Assembly (NCBI GenBank): GCA_002269645.1
Contig: NIVC01004014.1
Location: 671 to 64,670, forward strand
Source of the DNA: Macrostomum lignano
Lineage: Eukaryota
DNA: 64,000 bases
Direction: 5' to 3'
The notes under the pieces are model-generated. The model saw only the letters and a list, made by a program, of their open reading frames with translations. It ran no database searches and was not told the DNA's origin. Numbering within the stretch: the first letter of the stretch is position 1; each line of letters begins with the position of its first letter. The position numbers and the translations under genes are program-made. Positions 12,388 to 25,329 of this stretch are shown in pieces.

Positions 12388-12446
12388 GTGAATTCTTCCA
12401 TCCTTGCTCCTTGAGAGAGAGGGAGGGAGAGAGAGAGAGAGAGAGA
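12317..12446. repeat. (CT)n tract followed by a (GA)n tract
   Basis: Directly visible dinucleotide runs separated by about 26 nt. Confidence 0.9.
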
Positions 12447-12599
12447 GCTCAGATATTAAATACTTCAGTAAATTGGGCCTTCGAATCGAAGCAACAATTC
12501 AATTCTGAAGAGGTTCAAAGCTATTTGTTTTCTGACAGGCTCTTGTGCCACACAAGCGGTGCGTCAATAACTGAACACCGCCCATTTCGGGAGCGATGT

Positions 12600-12712
12600 G
12601 GGATAGCGGCAGTTCAGTGAGCCCCGAGGGGTATAGCGGCAGTTCACTGAGCTCCGATGGGTATAGCGGCAGTTCAGTGAGCTCCGAGGGGTATAGCGGC
12701 AGTTCACTGAGC
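12600..12712. repeat. 30-bp tandem repeat (GGGTATAGCGGCAGTTCAGTGAGCTCCGAG), about 4 copies
   Basis: Direct repeats visible in sequence. Confidence 0.9.
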
Positions 12713-13289
12713 GGAGGCTGAGCTTTTAAACTCAACCCCCCTCAAGTTCATCTAGAAGAAGAGCTTCATTAGTGCGGCTGCATTGCGTGCTGAGGCTGGC
12801 AGCCAAAGTGGAAATTAATTGACAGATCATGCAGCGGTCGTCTGCTTCGACAAAGGAGTAAAAGAAGCTTCAATCTTTTTACTTTTTGAATTGAAAGCCA
12901 AAAAATGACATGCTGCGATCTGCTTTGACGCAGCGCTTTCCTCAGAGGCTGGGAGCTTCATCTGGCATAGTGACAAAGTGGCTTTTAACAATGGCCCCAG
13001 TGAAGAGGCTGAGCACAACAACTCCCGAAAGGTAGGTAAAGTGAGGATGGGGATCTGGTCGACCCCGCGGTGCCTTCCCTCCCTGGCTGACAGCTGGCAG
13101 CCCGCGCTGCCCGGCGATTCTGCGGAAGTGGCGAATTTGTTTGGCCGCGCCTGTGCGGAGCGGCTGAGTGCCAAGCAGCTGGGCAGCCCGCCATTGTGTG
13201 GCTTGGCTGCGCTCTGGGGGCTCTGCCGCCTGCTCTAGGACAGGCTGCGAATGGCGTGGAACTGGATCTGATGCCTGTGCGCGCCTGAC

Positions 13290-14620
13290 TGTGCCTGTGC
13301 GTGTCTGACTGCCTGTCTGTGCGTGTCTGACTGCCTGCCTGTGCGTGTCTGACTGCCTGTCTGTGCGTGTCTGTCTGTCTGTGCGTGTCTGTTTGCCTGT
13401 GCGTGTCTGTCTGTCTGTGCGTGTCTGTCTGTCTGCCTGTGCGTGTCTGCCTGTCTGCCTGTGCGTGTCTGCCTGTCTGTCTGTGCGTGTCTGTCTGTCT
13501 GTCTGTCTGTGCGTGTCTGTTTGCCTGTGCGTGTCTGTCTGTCTGTGCGTGTCTGTCTGTCTGCCTGTGCGTGTCTGACTGCCTGTTTGTGCGTGTCTGC
13601 CTGCCTGTCTGTGCGTGTCTGACTGCCTGTCTGTGCGTGTCTGACTGCCTGTCTGTGCGTGTCTGTCTGTCTGCCTGTGCGTGTCTGTCTGTCTGCCTGT
13701 GCGTGTCTGCCTGTCTGCCTGTGCGTGTCTGACTGCCTGTTTGTGCGTGTCTGCCTGCCTGTCTGTGCGTGTCTGACTGCCTGTCTGTGCGTGTCTGACT
13801 GCCTGTCTGTGCGTGTCTGTCTGTCTGTGCGTGTCTGTTTGCCTGTGCGTGTCTGTCTGTCTGTGCGTGTCTGTCTGTCTGCCTGTGCGTGTCTGCCTGT
13901 CTGCCTGTGCGTGTCTGCCTGTCTGTCTGTGCGTGTCTGTCTGTCTGTCTGTCTGTGCGTGTCTGTTTGCCTGTGCGTGTCTGTCTGTCTGTGCGTGTCT
14001 GTCTGTCTGCCTGTGCGTGTCTGACTGCCTGTTTGTGCGTGTCTGCCTGCCTGTCTGTGCGTGTCTGACTGCCTGTCTGTGCGTGTCTGACTGCCTGTCT
14101 GTGCGTGTCTGTCTGTCTGCCTGTGCGTGTCTGTCTGTCTGCCTGTGCGTGTCTGCCTGTCTGCCTGTGCGTGTCTGACTGCCTGTTTGTGCGTGTCTGC
14201 CTGCCTGTCTGTGCGTGTCTGACTGCCTGTCTGTGCGTGTCTGACTGCCTGTCTGTGCGTGTCTGTCTGTCTGCCTGTGCGTGTCTGTCTGTCTGCCTGT
14301 GCGTGTCTGACTGTCTGTCTGTGCGTGTCTGACTGCCTGTCTGTGCGTGTCTGTCTGTCTGCCTGTGCGTGTCTGACTGCCTGTCTGTGCGTGTCTGACT
14401 GCCTGTCTGTGCGTGTCTGTCTGTCTGTCTGTGCGTGTCTGACTGTCTGTCTGTCTGTCTGTCTGCCTGTGCGTGTCTGTCTGTCTGCCTGTGCGTGTCT
14501 GCAGATCTCTGTCCTGCCAGTCTGTCTGTCTGTCTGTCTGTCTATCTGTCTTAGTGTCTGTCTATCTGTCTTAATGTCTGTCTGCCTGTCTGTCTATTTG
14601 TCTGTCTATTTGTCTGTCTG
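13290..14620. repeat. Compound (GTCT/GCCT/GTGCGT) microsatellite with a 446-bp higher-order duplication
   Basis: ORFs 13367..13732 and 13813..14178 translate identically (offset 446). Confidence 0.95.
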
Positions 14621-15095
14621 TCTCATATCACAATCCAAGTCAGAATATTCTTGTAGTTATTCTCGTAAATGTTATCTCTTTCCTTTGTTAGCAATTCTCA
14701 CGAAGTACTGAAATATTGAATTTTTCCTGTGCTAAGTGTGGAGTCGTGTCCGTCCAGTGTATCGAGTTTTGGCCGTTGTGTCGATCATTCTGAATCCTGC
14801 AAGATTTCTATCAATAATACAGAGCTGCCTCACAACTCAAGAATTATTGATTTTCGCTGAGCTTCTGTCTGTTAGAAGAGGCTGTTTTAAGATGAAGACA
14901 AACTGTGAATCTGTTCAAGTGAAAATTCTGACTGTCGGACGGACGGAGGGTCTCCATTCATCTCAATATCCCCTTTGCACCTTGAGATTTCTCACGTTTC
15001 TCAGAATGCTGATTTAGGGCTTAATTAATATCAAAATGATTAAACTACGCTTGTGGTTAAACTGGTTGAATGATTGATTTTTGATTGATTGGTTT

Positions 15096-15855
15096 CCCGG
15101 CTGTCGCCTGCTGTAGCAATCTCTTGCTGTAGCAATGTGGCCGGCCTTGTGGCAGTTGTAGCAGATGATGTCAGACTTCGAACGGTGCTGCGGTCTCGTT
15201 GTGCTACTCGTCCTCACTCCACAGGCTGCCAGCTGCTGCAGCTGGGAACTCAGGGTGCTCACCGATGCCTGCAGACTCTGTCCCGCAGCTCCTGAACTTC
15301 GCTGGATTGGCTCGACTGAGGTTGCACCGCTGCTGCTGGGATGCTTGGCGAGCTGTGCTGCATCAGTAGCTGGGCCTTTTGGAGCGCTTGCTCTGAGGTC
15401 TTAACGCTGGAGTCCGTGCGAATCTGCCAGCTCACGGATTCGGGAAGGCCACAGACGAACTGATGGAACAGCAAAGCCTCTTGAGCATCTTTGTTGTCCA
15501 CGGAGGAGCTTTTGAGCATCTTCTTTAACTCGTAAAGATACATGCGTGGAGTCTCATTCGACAAAATCTTCCTTGATTTTAACGCCTCCATGACGGCGAA
15601 GTGCTCGCGGTTCGGGTGGAATGCATCATCCAATGCCTGGACTACTTTGTCGTAGTCTGCCTGATCTCCTGCCGACAGTTCCAAATAAACGACGAGAGCC
15701 TCGCCATCCAAAAATGTGGCCAGTCGCTCCGCTTTGCACGTCTCCCACTTGTTGACTTTTGCGCATACATTGAAACGCTGCAGCCATTCCTTAAAGTTGC
15801 CGGTACTGAAAACTCTGGGCAGCGCTGCACTGGCGGTCAAACCTTTCTCAGCCAT
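15096..15855 (-). pseudogene. gag: Retrotransposon gag, frameshifted, with zinc knuckle
   Basis: The ORF (F..W..RF...A..N.W....K...L...L.GEA) is capsid-like. A frameshift near 15280 leads into CYNCHKAGHIATARDC (CCHC knuckle). Confidence 0.8.
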
Positions 15856-16098
15856 TCTAGAATAATTTGCTCTGCTACCAGTTGTAGACTAAGGCAGAGA
15901 GATACAACTGAGAGTTGACGAAGCCTCTTGGCGTTTATTAGATCGATACGCAGGTTAAATACGATACAACGATTGTTACATAACTGGGTATAAAAGATAG
16001 AGACAGGGGTGGGTGAAAAGCACGTACATGCTGTACAATAGCAACCCCCACCCCGCTCTAGCGACTGGCGCATACAAGTACACTTGCAACTCACTACA
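15096..16098 (-). mobile_element. Truncated Ty3/Gypsy-like LTR retrotransposon (5' LTR + PBS + gag)
   Basis: 216-bp LTR at 15883-16098 with TGTAG...CTACA termini and an AATAAA. It is followed on the minus strand by PBS TGGTAGCAGAG, complementary to the 3' end of animal initiator tRNA-Met, then by gag. No pol or 3' LTR. Confidence 0.85.
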
Positions 16099-16620
16099 GA
16101 TTGGTTGATTGGTTGGTTGATTGATTGGTTGGTTGATTGATTGGTTGGTTGATTGATTGGTTGGTTGATTGGTTGATTGATTGATTGGTTGGTTGATTGA
16201 TTTGTTGATTGATTGGTTGGTTGATTGATTGGTTGATTGATTGATTGGTTGGTTGATTGATTGATTGGTTGATTGATTGATTGGTTGATTGATTGATTGG
16301 TTGGTTGATTGATTTGTTGATTGATTGGTTGATTGATTGATTGGTTGGTTGATTGATTTGTTGATTGATTGATTGGTTGGTTGATTGGTTGATTGATTGA
16401 CTGACTGATTGATTGATTGATTGATTGATTGTTTGTTTGATATTTTGATTGACTGATTGATTGGTTGGTTGATTGATTGTTTGATATTTTGATTGACTGA
16501 TTGATTGGTTGGTTGATTGGTTGGTTGATTGGTTGGTTGATTGGTTGGTTGATTGGTTGATTGGTTGGTTGATTGGTTGGTTGATTGACTGACTCACCGA
16601 CTGATTGATTGATAGTTTGT
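16099..16620. repeat. (GATT/GGTT)n microsatellite
   Basis: Directly visible. Confidence 0.95.
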
Positions 16621-17151
16621 TTGATATTTTGATTGGTTTTGAAACGGTTAGAAATATTGGTTTATTGATTGATTCCTAAGCTGCTACTTGACACAAAACA
16701 GGTGGGGAGTCTGACTGATCGATGCACTGAATTCATTGAACTCAAGCCACAAAGTCAGCTGATTGCTGCTGCATCAGGCAGCTCTCGGTCTCCCTGTCTC
16801 CGTTTTTACGATTGACTATATTTGAGATGTTGAAACAGCCACGTCCACGCCTGTTTAATTTTTTATTAACTACCTGTGCAGCCAAACAATTGTACAATCC
16901 TGATCCTGGGATCCCTGTCTAACCAGAAGCAAATTAGCAAGTGAAGCAAGGATAAAAACCGATATTGTCGCCGCGAGCGATTATATACAGCAGCTGTAGA
17001 GCGATTTGCACTTTAAGATAATTATTGACTGAAGCACAGGCATGCTATAGTAATGCAAAAGTATTTGTAGTTTCTAAAAATGCTTTCTTTGTTAAAAGCG
17101 AGCGATTTAAGTGGAGAAAAATAACTTCGTGTCTGAATTCATCTTCGTTAC

Positions 17152-18030
17152 AAGATCACACAGGATCACACAGGATCACACAGGATTCCACAAGATCACA
17201 CAAGATCATACAGGATCACACAGGATCCCACAAGATCACGCAAGATCACACAGGATCACACGGGATCACACAGGATCATACAGGATCACACAGGATCACA
17301 CAGGATCACACAGGATCATACAGGATCACATAGGATCACACAGGATCACATAGGATCACACAGGATCACACAGGATCACACAAGATCATACAGGATCACA
17401 CAGGATCCCACAAGATCACACAAGATCACACAGGATCACACAGTATCACACAGGATCACACAGGATCAAACAGGATCACAAAGGATCCCACAGGATCACA
17501 CAGGATCACATAGGATCAAACAGGATCACATAGGATCACACAGGATCACACAGGATCACACAGGATCACACAGGATCACAAAGGATCCCACAGGATCACA
17601 CAGGATCACACAGGATCACACAGGATCACACAGGATCACACAGGATCACACAGTATCACACAGGATCACACAGGATCAAACAGGATCACATAGGATCACA
17701 CAGGATCACACAGGATCACACAGGATCACACAGGATCACACAGGATCACACAGGATCAAACAGGATCACATAGGATCACATAGGATCACACAGGATCATA
17801 CAGGATCACACAGGATCCCACAAGATCACACAAGATCACACAGGATCACACAGTATCACACAGTATCACACAGGATCAAACAGGATCACAAAGGATCCCA
17901 CAGGATCACACAGGATCACACAGGATCAAACAGGATCACATAGGATCACACAGGATCATACAGGATCATACAGGATCACATAGGATCACACAGGATCACA
18001 CAGTATCACAAAGGATCACACAGTATCCCA
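17152..18030. repeat. 10-bp satellite (CAGGATCACA)n
   Basis: Directly visible. Confidence 0.95.
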
Positions 18031-18420
18031 AAGGATCCTGCTAATTAGCTCACTACAATTTGACAAAGAAAGTTTGTTCAAGACGAATCTTCTGTACGAA
18101 ATTAAATCTCTTTCACAGTGGATTTTGAAGAATATTTTTGCAAAGACATTCGCATTAATTAAGTTTCTCATGCGAGTAAAAATGATACTAGTGCAAATCA
18201 TTATCATAATGGCCTGTCACTTTGAGCTTGCTAACCTGTAGCTCCTCAGTAGAATAGCTAATAAGGGATAAAAGAAACTTTGCCAAATTAGAAAATTTCT
18301 GTTCAGGGTCACGCGCGTAGTTCGACTAATGGGGGTTCCTTTCGAAATGAACTTTTTAAATAGAAGCATTACTATGGTTGGCTCCGTTTTTAAGGGGGAG
18401 ATGGAGGGGTGCATTGAGGC

Positions 18421-18872
18421 ACTGTATAGATCACACTGAGACACTGTATAGATCACACTGAGGTACTGTATAGATCACACTGAGGTACTGTATAGATTAC
18501 ACTGAGGTACTGTATAGATCACACTGAGACACTGTATAGATCACACTGAGACAATGTATAGATCACACTGAGGTACTGTATAGATCACACTGAGGCACTG
18601 TATAGATCACACTGAGGTACTGTATAGATCACACTGAGGTACTGTATAGATCACACTGAGACAATGTATAGATCACACTGAGGTACTGTATAGATCACAC
18701 TGAGACACTGTATAGATCACACTGAGGTACTGTATAGATCACACTGAGGTACTGTATAGATCACACTGAGGTACTGTATAGATCACACTGAGGTACTGTA
18801 TAGATCATACTGAGGCACTGTATAGATCACACTGACACACTGTATAGATCACACTGACACACTGTATAGATC
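18421..18872. repeat. 22-bp minisatellite (ACTGTATAGATCACACTGAGGT)n
   Basis: Directly visible. Confidence 0.95.
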
Positions 18873-20289
18873 ACGATGAGGGACTGTATGGACCCCGTCT
18901 GAGGCAAATCACTAACTGTGTGATAATTTTAGCCACATTGTAAGAGACTGTAGGACACTATACAGGTCACGCAGCTACACCAAGGCAAACTCCATAAAGG
19001 CTGTGTTATGGCAGACCAGATTAGTACAGACAATGGGCAGATGCCGCTGCAGCAATAAAAGTGCGCACAACCCACCTCTGAATCGAATCTTCGCCCCCAC
19101 GCCGAGCCCCGCACGCACTCCCCAATTGCGGTGGTGTCAAAATTTGCCGCATAAAATAAGGAACACCTGAATTGCTGCTGTGGGTCGGAGGTGCGCGGAC
19201 AGCCCGCGGTGAATCGCCTGGCGCAAAAGGTGAGAGTGCCGGCCCGAACCGCTCTGCGCCACTGAACGCCAAATTCTGACAGCCGCGCGAAAGTGGATAG
19301 CGGCCACGCTCGTACCAGCTGCCGGCTTCCCTCGGCTGTGGCTCTTTGGGATTTTCTTCCCTTATTCTCACTGGCCCTCTGCATTCTCTGTTTCTTACGA
19401 CTACCTTATCAGCTGTCACTTCTCTCCCCAGCCCCTGCTGAGCTAAGGACCAACATCCATCTCTACTCTTCTCTCGCCTCTCGCCTATCATCTCTCTTCT
19501 CTCATCTCTCTCACCTCTCTTCTCTCGTCTCTCATCCCTCTGGCCTTTTATTTTTCGTCTCTCATCTCTCTTCTCTCATCTTTCTTGTCTCTCATCTCTC
19601 TCGCCTCTCATCTCTTATCTCTCTTCTCTATTAGAGAGCATACACTCAGAGTTTCACTAGGCCGCAAATTTTCTCACCTAAAAGCGTGTGGCTAATCTTC
19701 CAGGCTCCGCATGCCTCATCATCAAATAATTAATGCTTAGCCAAGCGCCAGAGTCGGCACGGCTCGTTCGGCCAGCTTGCGGCTCTGGGAAAAATCTGCA
19801 CCGGGGGCTCTACTCAAAAACTCCATCTCATCCCCGCCCCGTCGTCTCCTTTCGGATTCCTCATCCTCTCATCCCGCCGGCAAGGTCGGGAGCCACCGAC
19901 GCTGAGGAGCCGCTGATGAGCAAGATCCCGCCAACTAGATTAGATAAGAAATCCCTAAGCAAAATGCTCAGAGCCGATGCTGTCCCATTATGCCTCTGTT
20001 CTCATTCAGTTGGACACGTTCGAGCGCCCGTGCCGTCCCCTCCCCAGCCGCAGTTGCTCTGGGGACTCGATCGGGACACGATCTGAGGGAGAACTGCGGC
20101 ATTGCATCTGGAGGCATTGCACCTGGGTAGTAGATAGTTTTCACTGCTGCAATCGCTAGCTGTACTCATAGTAGTGATTCGGATTATGGCATTTAATGGA
20201 ATTTAATAATTGGAAAACTTTGATTTGTGCATCGAATATTGCTGTGCAGTGAGCACTGAGCAGAGTGACTGCCTTAGCTGCTGTTATGC

Positions 20290-23200
20290 TTGCTGAGCTA
20301 TTTTCTTTCTGAGCTACTTTCTGAGCTACTGCCTCAGCTACTTTCTGAGCTACTGCCCCAGCTAATTTCTGAGCTACTGTCTGAGCTACTTTCTGAGCTA
20401 CTGCCCCAGCTAATTTCTGAGCTACTGCCCCAGCTACTTTCTGAGCTACTGTCTGAGCTACTGTCTGAGCTACTGCCTGAGCTACTTTCTGAGCTACTGC
20501 CCCAGCTACTTTCTGAGCTACTTTGTGAGCTACTTTCTGAGCTACTGCCTGAGCTACTTTCTGAGCTACTGTCTGAGCTACTTTCTGAGCTACTTTCTGA
20601 GCTACTTTCTGAGCTACTGCCCCAGCTACTTTCTGAGCTACTGTCTGAGCTACTTTCTGAGCTACTGCCCCATCTACTTTCTGAGCTACTGTCTGAGCTA
20701 CTGTCTGAGCTACTGCCTGAGCTACTTTCTGAGCTACTGCCTTAGCTACTCTCTGAGATTCTTTGTGAGCTACTTTCTGAGCTACTGTCTAAGCTACTTT
20801 CTGAGCTACTGTCTGGGCTATGTCTGGGCTACTTTCTGAGCAACTTTCTGAGCTACTTTCTGAGCTACTTTCTGGGCTACTTTCTGAGCTACTGAATGAG
20901 CTACCAGCTACGAGCGTACTTTCTGAGCTACTGCCTGAGCTACTTTCTGAGCTACTGTCTGAGCTACTTTCTGAGCTACTGCCCCAGCTACTTTCTGAGC
21001 TACTGTCTGAGCTACTGTCTGAGCTACTGCCTGAGCTACTTTCTGAGCTACTGCCTTAGCTACTGTCTGAGATACTTTGTGAGCTACTTTCTGAGCTACT
21101 GTCTGGGCTATGTCTGGGCTACTTTCTGAGCTACTTTCTGAGCTACTTTCTGGGCTACTGTCTGGGCTACTTTGTGAGCTACTTTCTGAGCTACTTTGTG
21201 AGCTACTGCATGAGCTACTGCATGAGCTACTGCATGAGCTACTGCATCAGCTACTGCATCAGCTACTTTCTGAGCTACTGCATGAGCTACTGCATGAGCT
21301 ACTGCATGAGCTACTGCATGAGCTACCAGCTACGAGCGTACTTTCTGAGCTACTTTCTGAGCTACTTTCTGGGCTACTGTCTGGGCTACTTTCTGAGCTA
21401 CTTTCTGAGCTACTTTCTGAGCTACTGCATGAGCTACTGCATGAGCTACTGCATGAGCTACTGCATGAGCTACTGCATGAGCTACCAGCTACGAGCGTAC
21501 TGTCTGAGCTACTTTCTGAGCTACTTTCTGAGCTACTTTCTGAGCTACTGTCTGAGCTATTTTCTGAGCTACTTTCTGAGCTACTGTCTGAGCTATTTTC
21601 TGAGCTACTTTCTTAGCTACTTTCTGAGCTACTTTCTGAGCTACTGCATGAGCTACCAGCTACGAGCGTACTTTCTGAGCTACTTTCTGAGCTACTTTCT
21701 GGGCTACTGTCTGGGCTACTGTCTGGGCTACTTTCTGAGCTACTTTCTGAGCTACTTTCTGTGCTACTTTCTGAGCTACTTTCTGAGCTACTTTCTGAGC
21801 TGCTTTCTGAGCTACTTTCTGAGCTACTGCATGAGCTACTGCATGAGCTACCAGCTACGAGCGTACTTTCTGAGCTAACTTCTGAGCTACTTTCTGGGCT
21901 ACTGTCTGGGCTACTTTCTGGGCTACTGTTTGGGCTACTTTCTGGGCTACTTTCTGAGCTACTTTCTGAGCTACTGTCTGAGCTATTTTCTGAGCTACTT
22001 TCTGAGCTACTGCATGAGCTACCAGCTACGAGCGTACTTTCTGAGCTACTTTCTGAGCTACTTTCTGGGCTACTGTCTGGGCTACTGTCTGGGCTACTTT
22101 CTGAGCTACTTTCTGAGCTACTTTCTGTGCTACTTTCTGAGCTACTTTCTGAGCTACTTTCTGAGCTGCTTTCTGAGCTACTTTCTGAGCTACTGCATGA
22201 GCTACTGCATGAGCTACCAGCTACGAGCGTACTTTCTGAGCTAACTTCTGAGCTACTTTCTGGGCTACTGTCTGGGCTACTTTCTGGGCTACTGTTTGGG
22301 CTACTTTCTGGGCTACTTTCTGAGCTACTTTCTGAGCTACTGTCTGAGCTATTTTCTGAGCTACTTTCTGAGCTACTTTCTGGGCTACTTTCTGAGCTAC
22401 TGAATGAGCTACCAGCTACGAGCGTACTTTCTGAGCTACTGCCTGAGCTACTTTCTGAGCTACTGTCTGAGCTACTTTCTGAGCTACTTTCTGAGCTACT
22501 TTCTGAGCTACTGCCCCAGCTACTTTCTGAGCTACTGTCTGAGCTACTTTCTGAGCTACTGCCCCAGCTACTTTCTGAGCTACTGTCTGAGCTACTGTCT
22601 GAGCTACTGCCTGAGCTACTTTCTGAGCTACTGCCTTAGCTACTGTCTGAGATACTTTGTGAGCTACTTTCTGAGCTACTGTCTGAGCTACTTTCTGAGC
22701 TACTGTCTGGGCTATGTCTGGGCTACTTTCTGAGCTACTTTCTGAGCTACTTTCTGGGCTACTGTCTGGGCTACTTTGTGAGCTACTGCATGAGCTACTA
22801 CATGAGCTACTGCATCAGCTACTGCATCAGCTACTTTCTGAGCTACTGCATGAGCTACTGCATGAGCTACTGCATGAGCTACCAGCTACGAGCGTACTTT
22901 CTGAGCTACTTTCTGAGCAACTTTCTGGGCTACTGTCTGGGCTACTTTCTGAGCAACTTTCTGAGCTACTTTCTGAGCTACTTTCTGAGCTACTTTCTGA
23001 GCTACTGCATGAGCTACTGCATGAGCTACCAGCTACGAGCGTACTTTCTGAGCTACTTTCTGAGCTACTTTCTGGGCTACTGTCTGGGCTACTTTCTGGG
23101 CTACTTTCTGAGCTACTTTCTGAGCTACTGTCTGAGCTATTTTCTGAGCTACTTTCTGAGCTACTTTCTGAGCTACTGCATGAGCTACTGCATGAGCTAC

Positions 23201-23545
23201 CAGCTACGAGCGTACTGTCTGGGCTACTTTCTGAGCTTCTTTCTGAGCTACTTTCTGTGCTACTTTCTGAGCTACTTTCTGAGCTACTTTCTGAGCTACT
23301 GCATGAGCTACTGCATGAGCTACTGCATGAGCTACCAGCTACGAGCGTACTTTCTGGGCTACTTTCTGGGCTACTTTCTGAGCTACTTTCTGAGCTACTT
23401 TCTGGGCTACTTTCTGAGCTACTTTCTGAGCTACTTTCTGGGCTACTTTCTGAGCTACTTTCTGAGCTACTTTCTGAGCTTCTTTCTGAGCTACTGCATG
23501 AGCTACCAGCTACGAGCGTACTTTCTGAGCTACTTTCTACGCTAA
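20290..23545. repeat. 12-bp satellite (CTACTTTCTGAG)n with variant units and higher-order blocks
   Basis: 12-bp period, punctuated by a recurring CTACCAGCTACGAGCGTA variant. Confidence 0.95.
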
Positions 23546-24231
23546 TTCTAAGCTACTTTATAAGAATAACGTTTAGCTATCTTCTGAAATGTTCTCTCTG
23601 GTCTAATTTCTATTTTAAAGTTTTAACATGTAGCTTTCAGCAGAAATGGCAGCACAAAAAATTGCGTTGCTACTAAAAGTAGTAAAATCAGAAATCAATC
23701 GTCGCCGATAATAAGTAGCTCGGTCATCGCCATTAGCCTAGCGGGCCGACGCGGCGCACTTGTTGAAAATTGTTAGGAGACATTTTTCGTTGAAGCAAAA
23801 TGCATTTTTCAATTAAAGAAGCAACTCTTCTTGAAGCCGTGGGACTCGAGTAAGTTGAGAGGCATTTAATAGAGCACCGCGGCCCGCGTCCATCAGTCAG
23901 GCCCTGGGGTCGCGGCAATTCGCAACTCAATTCGGTAACTCAGTTATCGCGATCGGTCTGGGCGGGGCGGCCTGGAAACTCGACCTGGGAAGTTGCTGCG
24001 CTCCGCATTCCCGAGGGGGGTGGCTGAGAGACTTCCACGGCGGATGGGCGGCGAGAAATGAATTTCCTAATTTCTATCGTGAGGCAGCTGGAGACAGACT
24101 GTGCGAAATCGCTTTTCAGTTTCTTTGATGTCTGCTCGACGGGCCTGCGGATTATTGGATTCTGCTTCTAGAGATCTGGATTAGCTTCCGAACTTAAAAA
24201 GCTTTCAATGTGGGTCGTTTGCTTCTAACCA

Positions 24232-25066
24232 GTGTCATTAGCTCCCGAATAGTGTCATTGGCTCCTGACCAGTGTCATTAGCTCCCGATCAGTGTCATTA
24301 GCTCCCAATTAGTGTCATTAGCTCCTAATCAGTGTCATTAGCTCCTGACCACTGTCATTAGCTCCCGATCAGTGTCATTAGCTCCCAATCAGTGTCATTA
24401 TCTCCTGACCAGTGTCATTAGCTCCCGACCAGTGCCGTTAGCTCCCGATTAGTGTCATTACCTCCCAATCAGTGTCATTAGCTCCCAATCAGTGTCATTA
24501 GCTTCCGATCAGTGTCATTAGCTCCTAATCAGTGTCATTACCTCCCAATCAGTGTCATTAGCTCCTAATCAGTGTCATTAGCTCCCGATCAGTGTCATTA
24601 GCTCCCGACCAGTGCCGTTAGCTCCCGATTAGTGTCATTACCTCCCAATCAGTGTCATTAGCTCCCAATCAGTGTCATTAGCTCCTAATCAGTGTCATTA
24701 GCTCCCGATCAGTGTCATTAGCTCCCGACCAGTGCCGTTAGCTCCCGATTAGTGTCATTACCTCCCAATCAGTGTCATTAGCTCCCAATCAGTGTCATTA
24801 GCTTCCGATCAGTGTCATTAGCTCCCGACCAGTGTCATTAGCTCCCGACCAGTGTCATTAGCTCCCGATCAGTGTCATTAGCTTCCGATCAGTGTCATTA
24901 GCTTCCGATCAGTGTCATTAGCTCCCGATCAGTGTCATTAGCTCCCGATTAGTGTCATTAGCTCCCGACCAGTGTCATTAGCTTCCGACCAGTGTCATTA
25001 GCTCCCGACCAGTGTCATTAGCTTCCGACCAGTGTCATTAGCTTCCGATCAGTGTCATTAGCTCCT
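24232..25066. repeat. 20-bp minisatellite (AGTGTCATTAGCTCCCGATC)n
   Basis: Directly visible, just upstream of the Kv gene. Confidence 0.95.
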
Positions 25067-25329
25067 GTAAAGTATCAAATTTATTAAGCTTCCAACGTAA
25101 GGTCTTAGCGTCCAACTCATATGATTATAGCTTCTGAGGACCTGAAAGATTAGCTTCTAACCCTGCCGACACGCACAAACTGCTCAAGTAAGTCCCCTTT
25201 TCGAAGACTCAAGCCCCGTTCCCGCACTCAACTGCAGCTGCCAGAGCGACAAGCGGCTGACGGGCAGCAGCGACCGACAGCCAATAGCAGCCCGCCCAGC
25301 TGAGCCAGTAGCCGCCAGTCACCATCGCC

